Below are positions 62,437 to 64,000 of a stretch of DNA of 64,000 bases, in pieces; within the stretch, counting starts at the first letter, position 1, and every line of letters starts with the position of its first letter. The stretch is from Eledone cirrhosa (taxonomy: Eukaryota). Location: assembly GCA_964016885.1 (NCBI GenBank), contig OZ024747.1, forward strand, positions 68,200,001 to 68,264,000, read 5' to 3'. A program made the translations under genes and the position numbers. Below the pieces are notes generated by a model that was not told the DNA's origin, made no database searches, and saw nothing but the letters and a program-made list of their open reading frames with translations.

Positions 62437-64000
62437 ATGTTTCTTTTATTTGCCACCAGGGCATCAAAAGTGGGACAAGTACAAAGGGGGGAGTTTACAC
62501 AAAAAGGCGTCCTCAATAAGGAGGAGGCAATAACAAAATATAAAAATAAAATAAAATATAACAAAATTAAAATTTATAACAAAATCCTCAATAGAGAGGA
62601 GGCGCCTTGGGGGGTCGCACACACCCTCGAAAAAAGTGTGCAACCCTTCTCCTCAGGAGCACAGAGAGGGGGTGCTCCCTCGTTCCTTCCTCTTTTCCAC
62701 CTACAGGCTTATGTAAAGAGAAGGCCCATTCACACGGGCCATTCTCGCCATTTCACCCACCTTTCATAAAAACGGCTGGGGTGCAGCACCTCTCTCTCCA
62801 TCCTGATCCTTCTTCCGAAATGATATCGGAAGAAACGGACCAGTTGTTGGCCAGAGAGAAAGGTGCCTGACCTCAGTCCTTTCAGACGCGTCCACCATAC
62901 AACTTCTTTCACCATGGCTATTACGCACAGAAACACCGCCTCTCCTTCATCTTTGAAGGGGGGAGGCAGCTTGATCATTACAATAGACTCGGTGGTCAAC
63001 CGGATCGGTCCCACCCTTGACAGCAGTTGTTCGACATAGCGCCACAGATCGGCTACGCCCGAGCAGTGTACCAATGTGTGTGCAACGGTTTCCTCATCGC
63101 ACACGCATCTGGGACAGATCTTTTTGGCGGGGTGCCTACCCGGGCGCCCATGTCTGTAGAGCTTTTCTCGAACGGGTAAAGCCCCTCGGTAGCACTGCCA
63201 GGCCAGGGACTTCTGGAAGTTGTCCATAGGTCCCGGGCTGAATGTCCTACCGAACAGGCTGGCCAGTTCGTCTTCCTCCATGTCTAGGGCTTCTCCGAGG
63301 GCGTCGTCGCACCTGCTGCGTACCAGCCCTCTATAGAATGTTGCGGTGGAGTCTCCACTGATAACCGGATCCGCCTGCCAGAGGGCGGTGAGCGCCTGGG
63401 CACACTAGGTGTGCCAGGCGCCCAGTTTTCTCGGTCTTTGCTTGACCCAGGATTGCAGCTCGGTTAGTGAGACGAGTCTGGGAAAGGTTCATCTCACAAA
63501 CGAGGCCCACACCGGTTGACCGGTGAGGAATACGTGGAGGTGCCGTAGCCTTAATGCGTGTTTACGCATCATTAGCCACGGCATCCCCAGCCCTCCTTTC
63601 GAAGGGTGTTGACAGCAGATGGATCTCCTCACCAAGGGAGCCCGCCTCTTCCAAAGGAATTGGAAGAGCGCGCGCTCCATCTTGGCGAGGGTTTCCCTTG
63701 GGCAAGGCACTACGGTCAGGCGGTAGTAGATGACGGATGCTATATAGGTGTTCGCCACCTCCGCCCGACCTTTCAGGGATAGTTTGCAACTGGCCCACTT
63801 CTGGGTCAGTGCAAACACCCTGTTCGTAACCTCCGCCCAGTTCTTCTCCACCTGGAGGTCTGGTCCGAACCAGACCCCGAGCAACTTCACCGGGCCCTCC
63901 GTCCAGCGTCCGACGACGGCATCGGTCTGCCCCTCCACGTGCCGAGTTGCAAACAGATCGACTTGTCCCGGTTCAGCTTAGCCCCTGTGAACCTTTCGTA
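62437..64000 (-). mobile_element. L1/Tx1-clade LINE 3' portion with in-frame stops (continues beyond the window)
   Basis: VKLLGVWF..LSLKGRAEVAN..KGGLG and zf-RVT CPRCVCDEETVAHTLVHC; ORFs 63489-63938 and 62730-63281 share a frame separated by TGA/TAG; GC-rich. Confidence 0.9.

Overview
This is eukaryotic, AT-rich, repeat-dense DNA. The SINE/LINE repertoire (tRNA-derived CORE- and Meta-type SINEs, RTE LINEs with (GAT)n tails) suggests a coleoid cephalopod, probably an octopus; this is inference. The window lies mostly within the introns of one minus-strand protein-coding gene. Seven phase-consistent exons can be chained (36835-36784, 31774-31719, 24730-24455, 20093-19959, 2676-2576, 1171-1070, 303-<1), and two more are candidates upstream (a 15-nt microexon at 56320-56306 and a 77-nt exon at 48134-48058 that is also a strong hairpin). 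The introns carry a 10.6-kb 21-bp minisatellite, a 5.3-kb 26-bp minisatellite derived from decayed RTE LINE coding sequence, and a 73-bp array. They also carry several RTE LINE copies, an L1/Tx1-type LINE 3' end, a Penelope GIY-YIG fragment, many SINEs and hAT/Tc1-mariner/TTAA MITEs. The most distinctive signal is a set of short, often palindromic elements beside (TA)n tracts that carry intact or broken type I hammerhead ribozyme cores (Penelope pLTR/retrozyme-like). Almost all long ORFs in the supplied track are artefacts of simple repeats.
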